DNA from: an archaeon
Lineage (GTDB): Archaea; Asgardarchaeota; Thorarchaeia; Thorarchaeales; Thorarchaeaceae
Assembly (NCBI GenBank): GCA_024276825.1
Contig: JAJRWI010000053.1
Coordinates: 7,022 to 71,021, forward strand
Length of the DNA: 64,000 nucleotides
Reading direction: 5' to 3'
In this document: positions 47,745-57,868 of the stretch, in pieces
Layout: the number at the start of each line of letters is the position of its first letter
How positions within the stretch are numbered: position 1 is the stretch's first letter
The notes under the pieces: generated by a model
The model's input: the letters and a program-made list of their open reading frames with translations, nothing else
Database searches by the model: none
Told to the model about the DNA's origin: nothing
Position numbers and translations under genes: made by a program

Positions 47745-49085
47745 TTAGAATATCAATTCACCCCGGGCTTCTGCCTCTTTGATCAATCGCATCTTTTGTT
47801 CTCTTCGCTCAAACAGTTTTTTCCAAATGACATAGGCAATGAATACAAGCACTGCCAGAAAGCCAAATCCCAGAATTGTCAGCCAGCCATGTGGGAAGTG
47901 TATCAGAAAGTCTGGGAGTGGGCCACTGATGAAGTATGGCCAGTTGCAGACAACTCCAAAGGCGTATAGGAAGCCAATCACAGTCAGTTCTTTGAGATAT
48001 CCAACTGCATGTTCATCCTTCTCAAAGAACATTATCATGGGTCCTAGCCAGAAAAGATACCAAGGCATGACCCATTGGAAAGCAAATAACATGGATGGCA
48101 ATAGATAGACATACAATGGCTTCAAGAGGTTTATCTTTTCACGAAAGTTGGCAGACGTGAATTCGGCCTTCTTTGGAAAATAGAGCGGGACAGTATATAG
48201 CATAAATGCTACATATATTGCCAGAGGTATCAATGCGGGAGCCCACATATATGATGATGTGGTGGGCGATACAGGGTCTGGAGTGCCAAAGAATAATCCG
48301 GGATACAGGGGATTCACTGGGTAGGGGGAGTATTCAGTTGAGTTTACGAAATGCCCCATCAGCGAGTTAAAGCTTGCACCCAAGAATGCAAATGGGATAA
48401 CTGTCAGTAGTGTGGAAACAAAGAACCAGAAAATGGAAATAGGTGCCTCAATGAATAGGAGAGGTAGGGCAACTGCAGAGTATATCTTTGTTTGTATTGA
48501 CAGTCCAAGTACAAACATGGACTTACCCATCTGGCCCTCCTTTCTCAATACAAGTGCCATCAGGAACAGGCAGTCAACAATGGGTTCTAACTTGCCACCG
48601 CCAGCGGACATGATCAACCCATATACATAGTATCCAGCAAAGAACATTCTTGCCCAGTTGGTAGTGTAAATCTTATCACGGAGTAATATGGCTATCAATG
48701 CTAGGTTTAAGTTGAACACAAGAACGAGTATGAAATTGACCCATAGATGTTGCAGCCCATGCACGCCTGGAAACAGCCCTGTAGCTATTGCAAAGAATAT
48801 CAGACCAAAGACGGGATACTCATAGGTTATGTTTCCCAGATATTCTGGAAGTGTGTGATAACCATCATTCCATTCACCACCCATTGCCTGTGCGAGGTCG
48901 TGATCAGTCCAATTATAGACATTGAACCCATAGATCCAGAATGCCTCTCCGTACATCTCATTTCGGTTTCTATCACGCTCAATTACAAAAAAGTCGGCTA
49001 TAGGGATTGCAAGCATAGATATTACTAGACTCAGCACGAAGTACTTTCGAAACTCGTATATCTTGAATGATATCGCACTGAGCAT
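47745..49085 (-). CDS. polytopic membrane protein, possibly GT-C-type glycosyltransferase
   Basis: 446 aa, at least 10 hydrophobic segments. No soluble domain recognised. Confidence 0.35.
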   Translation of the reverse strand: MLSAISFKIYEFRKYFVLSLVISMLAIPIADFFVIERDRNRNEMYGEAFWIYGFNVYNWTDHDLAQAMGGEWNDGYHTLPEYLGNITYEYPVFGLIFFAIATGLFPGVHGLQHLWVNFILVLVFNLNLALIAILLRDKIYTTNWARMFFAGYYVYGLIMSAGGGKLEPIVDCLFLMALVLRKEGQMGKSMFVLGLSIQTKIYSAVALPLLFIEAPISIFWFFVSTLLTVIPFAFLGASFNSLMGHFVNSTEYSPYPVNPLYPGLFFGTPDPVSPTTSSYMWAPALIPLAIYVAFMLYTVPLYFPKKAEFTSANFREKINLLKPLYVYLLPSMLFAFQWVMPWYLFWLGPMIMFFEKDEHAVGYLKELTVIGFLYAFGVVCNWPYFISGPLPDFLIHFPHGWLTILGFGFLAVLVFIAYVIWKKLFERREQKMRLIKEAEARGELIF

Positions 49086-49191
49086 GTTTCTTGCATCCCA
49101 TATTTTTCTCAGATTGATTGGGCTTTATTCGACTGATGTCAGTAATTAAGCTTCTGGATGAAAATGATAATCAGCTGATGTTTTTAGTGCT

Positions 49192-51159
49192 TTACTCAAG
49201 ATATGTGGGGCAAGGCCAGCGGTCACACTTCAGACAACGAGTACATAACTCAGAATCCACTGCTATTTTGTTGTTATCAAGGGAGAGAGCATTCTGTGAG
49301 CACTTGGGAATACAGGAACCACATCCTTGACAGAATAGAGACCTTCTAACTGCATGTTCGATCTGTCCTGCAATCTTCTCAATCCTAGATGGGTCCTCGC
49401 CTCGAATCACTAGAGAACCAGAACTGAAGAGGATTATTGAATACCCATTGCCCTTGACTCTTATGGCGCCAAGTTCTTCAGACACCTTTGATTTGCCAAA
49501 GATATGCATAATATCAGCGATTCTAGTCAAGTCTAAGCCCATTGAGAATTGGCCCTCAAGACTGTAGGCAGCAGCCTTGCATGGGGAAACTCCCTTTGCA
49601 ATAGACAGTTGCAGTTGACCTTCTACACCCTGTCGTACTGGGCGAATCTCCAGTCCAAGCTGAGCTGCTAGGTTCTGTTGGCCCCCAGGCAGATGTTTCC
49701 ATCTCCAAAAGCCATAGTCAATCCATTCTTGAGGGAACTCATGGGATCTTGCCCATTCGGAGAGCGTGTTTATCCATCTATTATACAGTTCTGGATGAGT
49801 ATTCTGTATGCGCTCAATCTCAGCAAGGGGAGATGAAGGACACAGATAGCAACCCATGCGTGTATAGCCGCTGTTGTATAGGGGGTTGTAAGCCTCGCCT
49901 TCTTTGAATATATACAGCCACACTTCCAGTGCATTCCAGTTTTGAATTGGGTTTGCAGAGAGCTGTCCCTGAACCCATGGATTTCTAGTCACTCTTGGTT
50001 CTATTGAGCGTTGGAATGACTCCAGCTTTCTCTGACCCATGAATGTGAGTACTTCTCCCCCAAGAATCTCAGCGATTGATGCTGATGCAGGCCCAAGTTT
50101 GAGGACTTTGCAGCACCATCGAAAATCACGAGCAGGAGGGCCGAATTCTTGCAGGGAGTCCCAGAATTGGTCACCAGCATCATAACCAATGATCTCAGCA
50201 TCATGCTTCTCTGCAAATTCATAAACATGCTGAACGGTTTCGGGAAACTCAATGCCCGTGTTCATGAAGAATATCTTTGGACTTTCTTCAGTTGCCTTTT
50301 CTACAAGAAGGTACACAACAAGCGAGTCCTTGCCACCGCTGAAACCAACTACAACAGGCAGATTGTATCTATTGATCAACCTCTTAATGAATCCAATGGA
50401 TTCATCTTCTATCTTTTGAAGATGGTTTATATTCGCCTTTACTGCATCATCCCAACTCGCCAATCTTGGGTTTATTGACGGCGGTCTTGGGGCATCCACT
50501 TCACGTATCTTGACTGCATATCCCTTCTCTTCACGAGCCATCTCACTGCCGCTCATCCTTGCAATTCCTACGCCAAATACAGTCCCAGACGAGTCGATCA
50601 ACCAGACCTCGTCATTCACCTGAATATCAGAGTCACAGCCAGCAATGCCAGGAACCATGAGGTTGACTCCCTTTTTCAAATACGGCAGCACCTCATTGTG
50701 ACAAGACACCCACTTTCGTTTACTGACTTGACTAAGTCTTCTTCCGCCCTCCAGCGAGAGAATGAACTTGTAATTTAGGGATTTAATATCATATCGAAGC
50801 TTGCCTATGATGTGTCCGTCCACCACCACTTCAAACATAACATCTAGGGAGGACACTTTGTTGAACACTATGGTCTTATCATGTGGTAGGATGTGTTGCC
50901 CTATCCCTTGACCAAATTGTGAGTCAATTGCATCAACCGCTTTGGAAATGTGACCATACATGGCAGGAAACGGATCGCCGGGAGGTGAGAGTTCCACCTT
51001 TCGGGACTTTGAACCGCAGACAGCACATTGAGTTTCATCAACAAGAGGAACATTGCAATGGTCACACCAGTAGAGTCGTATCCTTGCAAGATATGGAGCA
51101 TGGCCTCTTCGGAACTTTCTACGACCTCTACCTTTTCGTGCCAGTTCTATCGACTCCAA
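49192..51159 (-). CDS. PAPS-reductase-like PP-loop ATPase fused to N-terminal Zn-ribbon/PUA-like region and C-terminal 2x[4Fe-4S] ferredoxin domain
   Basis: N-terminal CDHC...CAVC. PP-loop VVGFSGGKDS. C-terminal CQGCGSCIPKC...CTRCLKCDRWPCP. Confidence 0.55.
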   Translation of the reverse strand: MESIELARKGRGRRKFRRGHAPYLARIRLYWCDHCNVPLVDETQCAVCGSKSRKVELSPPGDPFPAMYGHISKAVDAIDSQFGQGIGQHILPHDKTIVFNKVSSLDVMFEVVVDGHIIGKLRYDIKSLNYKFILSLEGGRRLSQVSKRKWVSCHNEVLPYLKKGVNLMVPGIAGCDSDIQVNDEVWLIDSSGTVFGVGIARMSGSEMAREEKGYAVKIREVDAPRPPSINPRLASWDDAVKANINHLQKIEDESIGFIKRLINRYNLPVVVGFSGGKDSLVVYLLVEKATEESPKIFFMNTGIEFPETVQHVYEFAEKHDAEIIGYDAGDQFWDSLQEFGPPARDFRWCCKVLKLGPASASIAEILGGEVLTFMGQRKLESFQRSIEPRVTRNPWVQGQLSANPIQNWNALEVWLYIFKEGEAYNPLYNSGYTRMGCYLCPSSPLAEIERIQNTHPELYNRWINTLSEWARSHEFPQEWIDYGFWRWKHLPGGQQNLAAQLGLEIRPVRQGVEGQLQLSIAKGVSPCKAAAYSLEGQFSMGLDLTRIADIMHIFGKSKVSEELGAIRVKGNGYSIILFSSGSLVIRGEDPSRIEKIAGQIEHAVRRSLFCQGCGSCIPKCSQNALSLDNNKIAVDSELCTRCLKCDRWPCPTYLE

Positions 51160-51238
51160 TACGCTCTATGTGCCTGACTTGAAGTTGATTTAATAACTAC
51201 GTCGATAGGACTGTAGGCCTTCAAGTTGTCTAGAAACA

Positions 51239-53011
51239 TCATCCGATCTCTAATTCTGATATGAGGGCCTTTGTCGGTATGCCCTTCTCGTCCCATTTGC
51301 GAAGTTGGTAATACTTCGGAAGGAGTTCATCAAGATGAACAACACGGTTTCGGGACCCGCCCTCTGGGAGGGGCTTGAAGAAACGTTTAGGAAGCCGGTC
51401 GTCAGCTGCAGTGAGTCCTTCGCGAACATTGAACAACCGCTCCAGAGTCCATATGCGCTCACCAATCTTAAGGAATTCGTCGCCACCGATTGGGATTCCC
51501 ATAGCTGCACTTATCATATCAGCATAGTCATCAATCGTCCAAGCAAAGTTTGTAAATCTACAAACGACGAGAGAGTCCATTGCAGCCGAGAGGTTTTGGT
51601 ACAATATCACAAGTTCTGGTTTTCCTTCAGTCCTGTCCCTATCAAGTCGAACGGGCGAGCCCATGACCTCTGGGCCTATCATGTAAGAGCGTAGGTGACA
51701 GCCACCACGATTTGATGTCGCATAGCCCAATGCATGCCCCTGGGCTCCACGGGGATCATAAGCTGGAATCTCGAGACCTTTGACATGCATTGATAATTCA
51801 GGTGCGCCGTGCTTCTCCGCTAGCGATCGAGACCCTTCGGCCAGTTCTGCACCCAGGCCCCGTTTATATGCAATTGCATCAATCATATCGAGTAATCCTT
51901 CAATTTGGCCAAAGTGAAGTTGGGACTCCATAAGCCCCTTTTCAGTTAGTTCTATTGCACAACCGATTGTGCTTCCCACCGAGATTGTATCGAGACCATA
52001 GAGGTTACACTTATGATTTGCGAGTGTGATTGTTTCGAGGTCATTGATACCGCACTGCGGACCAAAAGCCCAGACGGTTTCATACTCAGGTCCACCAATC
52101 TCAATATCATTCACTCGTGTGATGCGACCACATCCAATGGGACACCCATGACACCGATAAGTCTTGACCAGCAGTCGTTCGAGTATTTTTTCTCCAGATA
52201 CGCCCTCCGCATCGTTGAATGTGCCTTCCTGAAAATTATGTGTGGGCAACATTCCAAACTCGTTTATGAGATTGACAAGAACCGCAGTGCCATAAACAGG
52301 CAGTGCCTTGTTTGTGACTGGATTCTTCTTAATCAAAAGGCGTGCACGCTTCACCGCTGATTCCAGACTGTCTTCGTCAGACACACTGGGACTCTTTGAT
52401 CCTTTTACTACTACGGCCTTAAGGCCCTTTGAGCCCATGACTGCACCAACACCACCACGACCCGCGGCTCGGTGCTTGTCATTGATTATTGCTGCAAGCT
52501 TGACCCCATTCTCGCCAGCAGGGCCTATGCAGGCCACTTGTGCTTTGGGACCTGTTTCATCTAGAAGCCGATCAGTGGTTTCGTAGGTGTCAAGACCCCA
52601 CAAGTGGGTTGCGTCTTTGATCTCAACCTTATCATCATCAATCCATAGGTATGCAGGCGTTGAAGACCTTCCATGAATCACTATTGCGACATAACCAGCC
52701 TTTCTGAGTTGAGCGCCAAAGTACCCACCACAGTGAGAATCAAATATTGTGCCTGTGAGTGGAGATTTGGTGATTACTACAAAACGTCCAGCGGTTGGAA
52801 CGGATGTTGCAGTGAGAGGACCAACTGCAAATATTAGTATATTATCGGGTGATAGAGGATCAACACCACTCTTTAGTTCATCATAGATGAGTTTGACTCC
52901 AAGCCCACGACCACCTAGAAAGCGAAACATTATCTCTGGGGACAGATGTTCGGTCAAGGTCTTATTATCTGTAAGTGAAACACGCAGAATTTTGAAGTTG
53001 AATTCAGACAT
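51239..53011 (-). CDS. aor: aldehyde:ferredoxin oxidoreductase family (tungstopterin enzyme)
   Basis: AOR N-domain (FRFLGGRGLGVKLIYDEL) and overall 590-aa family architecture. Confidence 0.85.
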   Translation of the reverse strand: MSEFNFKILRVSLTDNKTLTEHLSPEIMFRFLGGRGLGVKLIYDELKSGVDPLSPDNILIFAVGPLTATSVPTAGRFVVITKSPLTGTIFDSHCGGYFGAQLRKAGYVAIVIHGRSSTPAYLWIDDDKVEIKDATHLWGLDTYETTDRLLDETGPKAQVACIGPAGENGVKLAAIINDKHRAAGRGGVGAVMGSKGLKAVVVKGSKSPSVSDEDSLESAVKRARLLIKKNPVTNKALPVYGTAVLVNLINEFGMLPTHNFQEGTFNDAEGVSGEKILERLLVKTYRCHGCPIGCGRITRVNDIEIGGPEYETVWAFGPQCGINDLETITLANHKCNLYGLDTISVGSTIGCAIELTEKGLMESQLHFGQIEGLLDMIDAIAYKRGLGAELAEGSRSLAEKHGAPELSMHVKGLEIPAYDPRGAQGHALGYATSNRGGCHLRSYMIGPEVMGSPVRLDRDRTEGKPELVILYQNLSAAMDSLVVCRFTNFAWTIDDYADMISAAMGIPIGGDEFLKIGERIWTLERLFNVREGLTAADDRLPKRFFKPLPEGGSRNRVVHLDELLPKYYQLRKWDEKGIPTKALISELEIG

Positions 53012-53023
53012 GGCATTGACCTC

Positions 53024-53863
53024 CTAATCATTAAAGATGTTCTCATCTCTATGGGGACATGTTATGCATCGTTGTTTGTACCACAGATACACATCCTTTG
53101 GTTGCTTGTTAAGGTTGGCAGCCCTACTAGGGCATCTCCAGCATGGCTTTTCTGGCTGCATCCATGAGGTACTATATCGTGCCCATCTGTAGTCCTCAAT
53201 GATAGACACTCCTGAACTCGTCCCCAGTCGATTGGCCCCTGCATCGATCATTATCAGAGCGTCCTTGAATGTTCTTATCCCACCAGCAGCTTTCACACCC
53301 ATGGTTGAACCCACGACCTCTCTCATCAATTTCACGTCATAGGGTGTGGCGCCCATTGGACCAAAACCTGTAGATGTCTTCACAAAATGGGCACCGGCCT
53401 TCCTTGCAATCCGACATGCTTCTCGTTTCTGATCATCAATCAGCAGGCCAGTTTCAAGAATGACCTTGACATGGGCATCACCAGATGCTCGAACAACTGC
53501 CTCAATATCAGATTGCACAAGTTCAATATTGCCATCACGAAGAGCGCCAACATTCATCACCATATCAATCTCTTCCGCGCCTAGACGAACTGCCTCTTTG
53601 GCCTCAAATGCTTTTACCGAGGACAGGTTTGTACCTAGGGGGAATCCTACTACACAGCAGACCTTGACATCTGAGTTCTTCAACAACTCTGCAGCATATT
53701 CAACATGAATAGAATTGATGCATACTGCTCCAAATTCATAGGTGAGTGCCTCTTCACATAACTGCTTGATTTTACTCCTCTTGGTATCGGCCTTGAGTGC
53801 TGTGTGATCAATCATCTTGGCAAGTTCTTCTACTGAGAGGGTCATGGAAACATCTCCCTTCAT
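53024..53863 (-). CDS. deoC: deoxyribose-phosphate aldolase with roughly 55-aa C-terminal Cys-rich extension
   Basis: Schiff-base lysine context FVKTSTGF, typical DeoC core. Tail contains CWRC ... CITC. Confidence 0.75.
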   Translation of the reverse strand: MKGDVSMTLSVEELAKMIDHTALKADTKRSKIKQLCEEALTYEFGAVCINSIHVEYAAELLKNSDVKVCCVVGFPLGTNLSSVKAFEAKEAVRLGAEEIDMVMNVGALRDGNIELVQSDIEAVVRASGDAHVKVILETGLLIDDQKREACRIARKAGAHFVKTSTGFGPMGATPYDVKLMREVVGSTMGVKAAGGIRTFKDALIMIDAGANRLGTSSGVSIIEDYRWARYSTSWMQPEKPCWRCPSRAANLNKQPKDVYLWYKQRCITCPHRDENIFND

Positions 53864-53923
53864 AGAGAGATTAGAATATCTTTCGAAGTCACTATTAATC
53901 CCTTCGAAAGCATACGGCCCTCA

Positions 53924-54259
53924 TTATCGATTGCCAAGATATGCACGAATGTCATCAAGGACCTCTTTCTGTAGACGGATGACATCATGTACCTCGATTT
54001 CTTCTGCATCCTTAACAACTGTGGAGAGTTGCACAACAGTGCCAACTGCCTCAATCTTGTCAAAGTCAATTGGGAATTCCACTTCGGCACCCTTTACTAT
54101 CAGTTCTGATCTAAAAGGATGAAGAGAGATGCGAATACTTCTCACAATGCCGATTCGTCTCGCCCGGCTGTCCAGCACCTCTTTTCCAAGCAGACGTCCA
54201 GGCATGCTCAGTTCGTATAGTTCAGCTTCAATAGTGGGCATTGGTTCTACACTCGTCAT
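53924..54259 (-). CDS. PRC-barrel domain protein
   Basis: About 110 aa with two PRC-like beta-barrel halves (LLGKEVLDSRARRIGIV...; SELIVKGAEVEFPID). Confidence 0.55.
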   Translation of the reverse strand: MTSVEPMPTIEAELYELSMPGRLLGKEVLDSRARRIGIVRSIRISLHPFRSELIVKGAEVEFPIDFDKIEAVGTVVQLSTVVKDAEEIEVHDVIRLQKEVLDDIRAYLGNR

Positions 54260-54361
54260 CGCTATTTACTCCTTGCATGTCAAATAGTGTAGATGATTAT
54301 TATTATCAGTGTGTATTATGATGTGAAGAATAACAGTCTTTGATTAGTAAGAGGGAGCCAA

Positions 54362-56665
54362 ATGAAACAGAAATTTGTGAATATGCCACTGATTCGGGAG
54401 GAAAGCATTGTATACAGGGCATACCAGGTGAATCTAGCAGAGATAGCTAATGAGAAGGACACTCTGATAGTTTTGAGTACTGGCCTTGGAAAGACTGTCA
54501 TAGCCGCACTTGTCGCTGCAAAACGGCTGACTGAATATCCAGACTCAAAGGTCCTTTTCTTGGCTCCCTCCAGGCCTCTTGTTGATCAGCAGGCAAGATT
54601 CCTTAGAAGGACCGTCAGTCTGAGTAAGAATGAAATCATCTGTCTAACTGGTCAGGACTCACCAGAAAAGAGAAGGGAACAATGGAATCAAGCAAAGATT
54701 ATTGTGATGACGCCGCAGGCACTTCAAAATGACCTGATTCAAGGCAGTTATGATTTGAGTGATGTGTCGTTGATTGTCTATGATGAGGCGCATCGTGGTG
54801 TTGGGAACTATGCTTACACATTCATTGCAGAGATATATGAAAAGCAGGGGCTTCATCAACGAAGTCTTGGTTTGACCGCTTCACCTGGTCATGATTCAGA
54901 ACACATCAAAAGGGTATGTGGGAACCTGAAACTTGAAGCTGTGGAGGCAAGAACTGAGAAAAGTCCAGATGTAAAAGAGTATATTGTTTCAATTGACACT
55001 AATGTACAATATATCACTCTCACACCAGAGATTGAAACCCTCAGGGATCTGCTTTATTCATTATTAGAAGACTATCTCAATCCAATTCGAAAATACGGTT
55101 ATTCTGTACCAAGCGGTCATCGATTAAGCAAGAGAGAGATATTGGAACTCCAAAGAAATGTAAGACGTGAGATTGGGAGTTATACAAAACCACCCAGGCA
55201 TCTTTATCTCATTATTCGGAACCTCACTGCCGCTCTTAGAATTGTACACCTCTTGGAGTTTATTGGTACACAAGGTCTCACGCCAACATTGAGGTATATT
55301 CAAGGGGTCTACGAGGAAATAAGAAACAAGAAGGGCTCAAAGGGAGTCAAAGACTTGGTATCGCGTGATGAGTTCAGGCAATTTGAGAGGCTCTTAGAGG
55401 TACTCATCGAAAAGGGACACCGACATCCTAAGGCGGACCTGCTATTGGAGATAGTAAATGAACAGTTATCGATAGACCTAGACTCTAGAATATTGATCTT
55501 CACAAGATTCCGTGATACTGCATCCGAGGTTGTTAGAACTTTGGAAACCCTGCCTGATGTAAGAGCCAGTCGTTTCATTGGTCAAAGTTCTAAGACTGGT
55601 GATAAGGGATTCAGTCAGAGAAAGCAAGTGAAGGTGCTTGATGGGTTCAGAAACAACGAATACAATGTTCTAGTGGCCACTCAGGTGGGAGAGGAGGGTC
55701 TCGATATTCCAGAGTGCAACCTAGTGATATTCTATGATTGTGTCCCATCGGTCGTGCCATATATTCAGCGGAGGGGGCGAACTGGAAGACATGCACCTGG
55801 TAGAGTTGTGATTTTTGTGGCTAAGGACACACATGATGAGTTCTACCATTGGAGCGTGATTTCAAAGCTGAAAAGGATGCCCAAGGCCCTTGAGGAGGTT
55901 GGTGGAGATGAGAGAGAGCAGACTAGGCTAGATCATTTCATAGATCAAGAGGACACTCGAGAAGAGGCAGAGCTGGGTTCTGGGACAAGAGAAGAAAAGC
56001 AGGTCATGGGTAGTGAGAGCAGGATACAAATCATTGTGGATTCCAGGGAGTTGCCAACTGGTGTCCCGCGAGAGTTGGCCAAACTGGATGTTAAAATAAC
56101 TAGTGAGAGCCTTAATGTGGGAGACTATATCATTTCTGACGAGGTTGCAGTGGAGAGAAAAGAAACAGGGGATTTTGTGCAATCATTGATTGATGGTCGC
56201 CTCTTTGGCCAATTGTCTGCCCTCAGATCAACCTATTTGCGGCCCGTGTTGATAATAGAAGGGGAGCAACTCGTAGGCCTTAGAGCCGTGAACCCTGCTT
56301 CAATCTACGGAGCTCTTGCATCTATTGCCATTCGACTCAGAATTCCGATACTGTGGACAAGAGATTCGAGGGAAACTGCAAATGTGCTTTATCGTCTTGC
56401 ACATCTTGAACAGATTAGTGAGAGAAGAATGCCACGTACAAGACCCACAGAGGGCAAGGCTACTGACGCAGAGACCTTAGAGTATATACTTGCAGGGTTT
56501 CCAGGTGTTGATACGGTCATATCGAGGGCATTATTGAATGAGTTTGGGACCTTAGGAAGAGTCTTTAATGCTTCAGTTAAAGAACTACAAAAAGTAAAAG
56601 GGGTCGGGCCGAAGATTGCTGGTCGAATCAAGAGGTTGCTAGAAACTGAGTACCGCTTAGGTTGA
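54362..56665 (+). CDS. hef: Hef: SF2 helicase (DEAH) fused to ERCC4/XPF nuclease and HhH2
   Basis: Walker A GLGKT, VYDEAHRG. Nuclease motif VAVERKETGD. C-terminal VKGVGPKIAGRI. Confidence 0.8.
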   Translation: MKQKFVNMPLIREESIVYRAYQVNLAEIANEKDTLIVLSTGLGKTVIAALVAAKRLTEYPDSKVLFLAPSRPLVDQQARFLRRTVSLSKNEIICLTGQDSPEKRREQWNQAKIIVMTPQALQNDLIQGSYDLSDVSLIVYDEAHRGVGNYAYTFIAEIYEKQGLHQRSLGLTASPGHDSEHIKRVCGNLKLEAVEARTEKSPDVKEYIVSIDTNVQYITLTPEIETLRDLLYSLLEDYLNPIRKYGYSVPSGHRLSKREILELQRNVRREIGSYTKPPRHLYLIIRNLTAALRIVHLLEFIGTQGLTPTLRYIQGVYEEIRNKKGSKGVKDLVSRDEFRQFERLLEVLIEKGHRHPKADLLLEIVNEQLSIDLDSRILIFTRFRDTASEVVRTLETLPDVRASRFIGQSSKTGDKGFSQRKQVKVLDGFRNNEYNVLVATQVGEEGLDIPECNLVIFYDCVPSVVPYIQRRGRTGRHAPGRVVIFVAKDTHDEFYHWSVISKLKRMPKALEEVGGDEREQTRLDHFIDQEDTREEAELGSGTREEKQVMGSESRIQIIVDSRELPTGVPRELAKLDVKITSESLNVGDYIISDEVAVERKETGDFVQSLIDGRLFGQLSALRSTYLRPVLIIEGEQLVGLRAVNPASIYGALASIAIRLRIPILWTRDSRETANVLYRLAHLEQISERRMPRTRPTEGKATDAETLEYILAGFPGVDTVISRALLNEFGTLGRVFNASVKELQKVKGVGPKIAGRIKRLLETEYRLG

Positions 56666-56670
56666 TTCAG

Positions 56671-57390
56671 TTAGTAGACCTCTGGATTGGCACCACGACC
56701 TGTTTGAAAGGCCTTTCGAAAACGTTCAATTATCTCACGGTCGAGTTCTAGGTAGCGGCTATAATCTGTGTTATCAAGGGTTATTATGCTGAGAATCTTG
56801 AGGAGAATCATGTACAGTGCGGGGTCAATCTGATCTGCCTTATTCAATATCTTCTTTGCTCGATCGCGTCCTTTTTTCAATAGATTGTCTCTTTCTACAT
56901 ATTGTTCAGCAAGTTTTACCATTTCTTCATAATTAGAGATCTCAAAACCTAATATTCTGAGTGTCTTCACTAGGTCAAGACTCTGCTCAATGTCCTTTGG
57001 TGGGCGTTCGGGTAGATCTTCCATGCTACCTGTTGCAATAAAGATGGACTCAGCTGTTGCACGCCATAGCTTTTGCATTATGTGCGTATCACCATTTCCA
57101 GCAGGAGCAAATCCATCTTGTCGAATTAGGCCGCTCTGTTCTAGCATCTTCAAATGATAACGCACTGTTTGAGGTTTGACCTCTTTTGATGACCCTTGAC
57201 GACCTAGGAACTCACAGATCTCTGATGTTGACATTGTCCGTGCTCTGAGTGCATGTAGAATCTGTCTTCGACTTTCATCATTGAGAGCCCTCACAGCTTC
57301 TACAGCCTTTGCGCCAGTTAGTATCAACACAGCATCCACGGCGTGACCCCCTAGGTTCGACAGCCCATCATTGTCTATTCCTGCAATCAT
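56671..57390 (-). CDS. ArsR-family winged-helix transcriptional regulator with C-terminal helical domain
   Basis: RRQILHALRARTMSTSEICEFLG...VRYHLKMLEQSGLI HTH. Confidence 0.5.
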   Translation of the reverse strand: MIAGIDNDGLSNLGGHAVDAVLILTGAKAVEAVRALNDESRRQILHALRARTMSTSEICEFLGRQGSSKEVKPQTVRYHLKMLEQSGLIRQDGFAPAGNGDTHIMQKLWRATAESIFIATGSMEDLPERPPKDIEQSLDLVKTLRILGFEISNYEEMVKLAEQYVERDNLLKKGRDRAKKILNKADQIDPALYMILLKILSIITLDNTDYSRYLELDREIIERFRKAFQTGRGANPEVY

Positions 57391-57449
57391 GGACTTCGCC
57401 TAGTATCGTTAGATAATGTGAGAATCACTCACGAATATATCCCAAGCTA

Positions 57450-57695
57450 TTAGGCTGGGACATAGATCCATTGACGCATATCTTGCAAGCAAGGCACGCG
57501 TTTGATCAATTTCTTCTTCAGGAGCTTCCTAAGTGCATAACGGACTGTTCTAGGGGCGAAAGACACCTTGTCTAAGAGTTGCTTGGGTGTGACTCCATCT
57601 CTGCCGCTGCTGCGGAGGATGTCCAGCACAATCATCTGGCTCTTTGTTAGTTTCATGTCCTTTAGCTCTTGAGCAAGTTCCTCGTCTGACATCAT
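57450..57695 (-). CDS. small winged-helix DNA-binding protein
   Basis: 81 aa: LTKSQMIVLDILRSSGRDGVTPKQLLDKVSFAPRTVRYALRKLLKKKLIKR. Confidence 0.45.
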   Translation of the reverse strand: MMSDEELAQELKDMKLTKSQMIVLDILRSSGRDGVTPKQLLDKVSFAPRTVRYALRKLLKKKLIKRVPCLQDMRQWIYVPA

Positions 57696-57868
57696 TTTTT
57701 TATCACCTACTTTTTGTCATTGCGATGGCCCGAGGCAGCATCACAACATCCTGGTTTTATTTAATATTAAACTATATAAATCTATCGCAGTTCATTGTTG
57801 TTATGTCGCAGTCTTCCACCGCGCCATGTGCAAAAATGAGTAATAATGAATATTAGTGCGGATTCACA

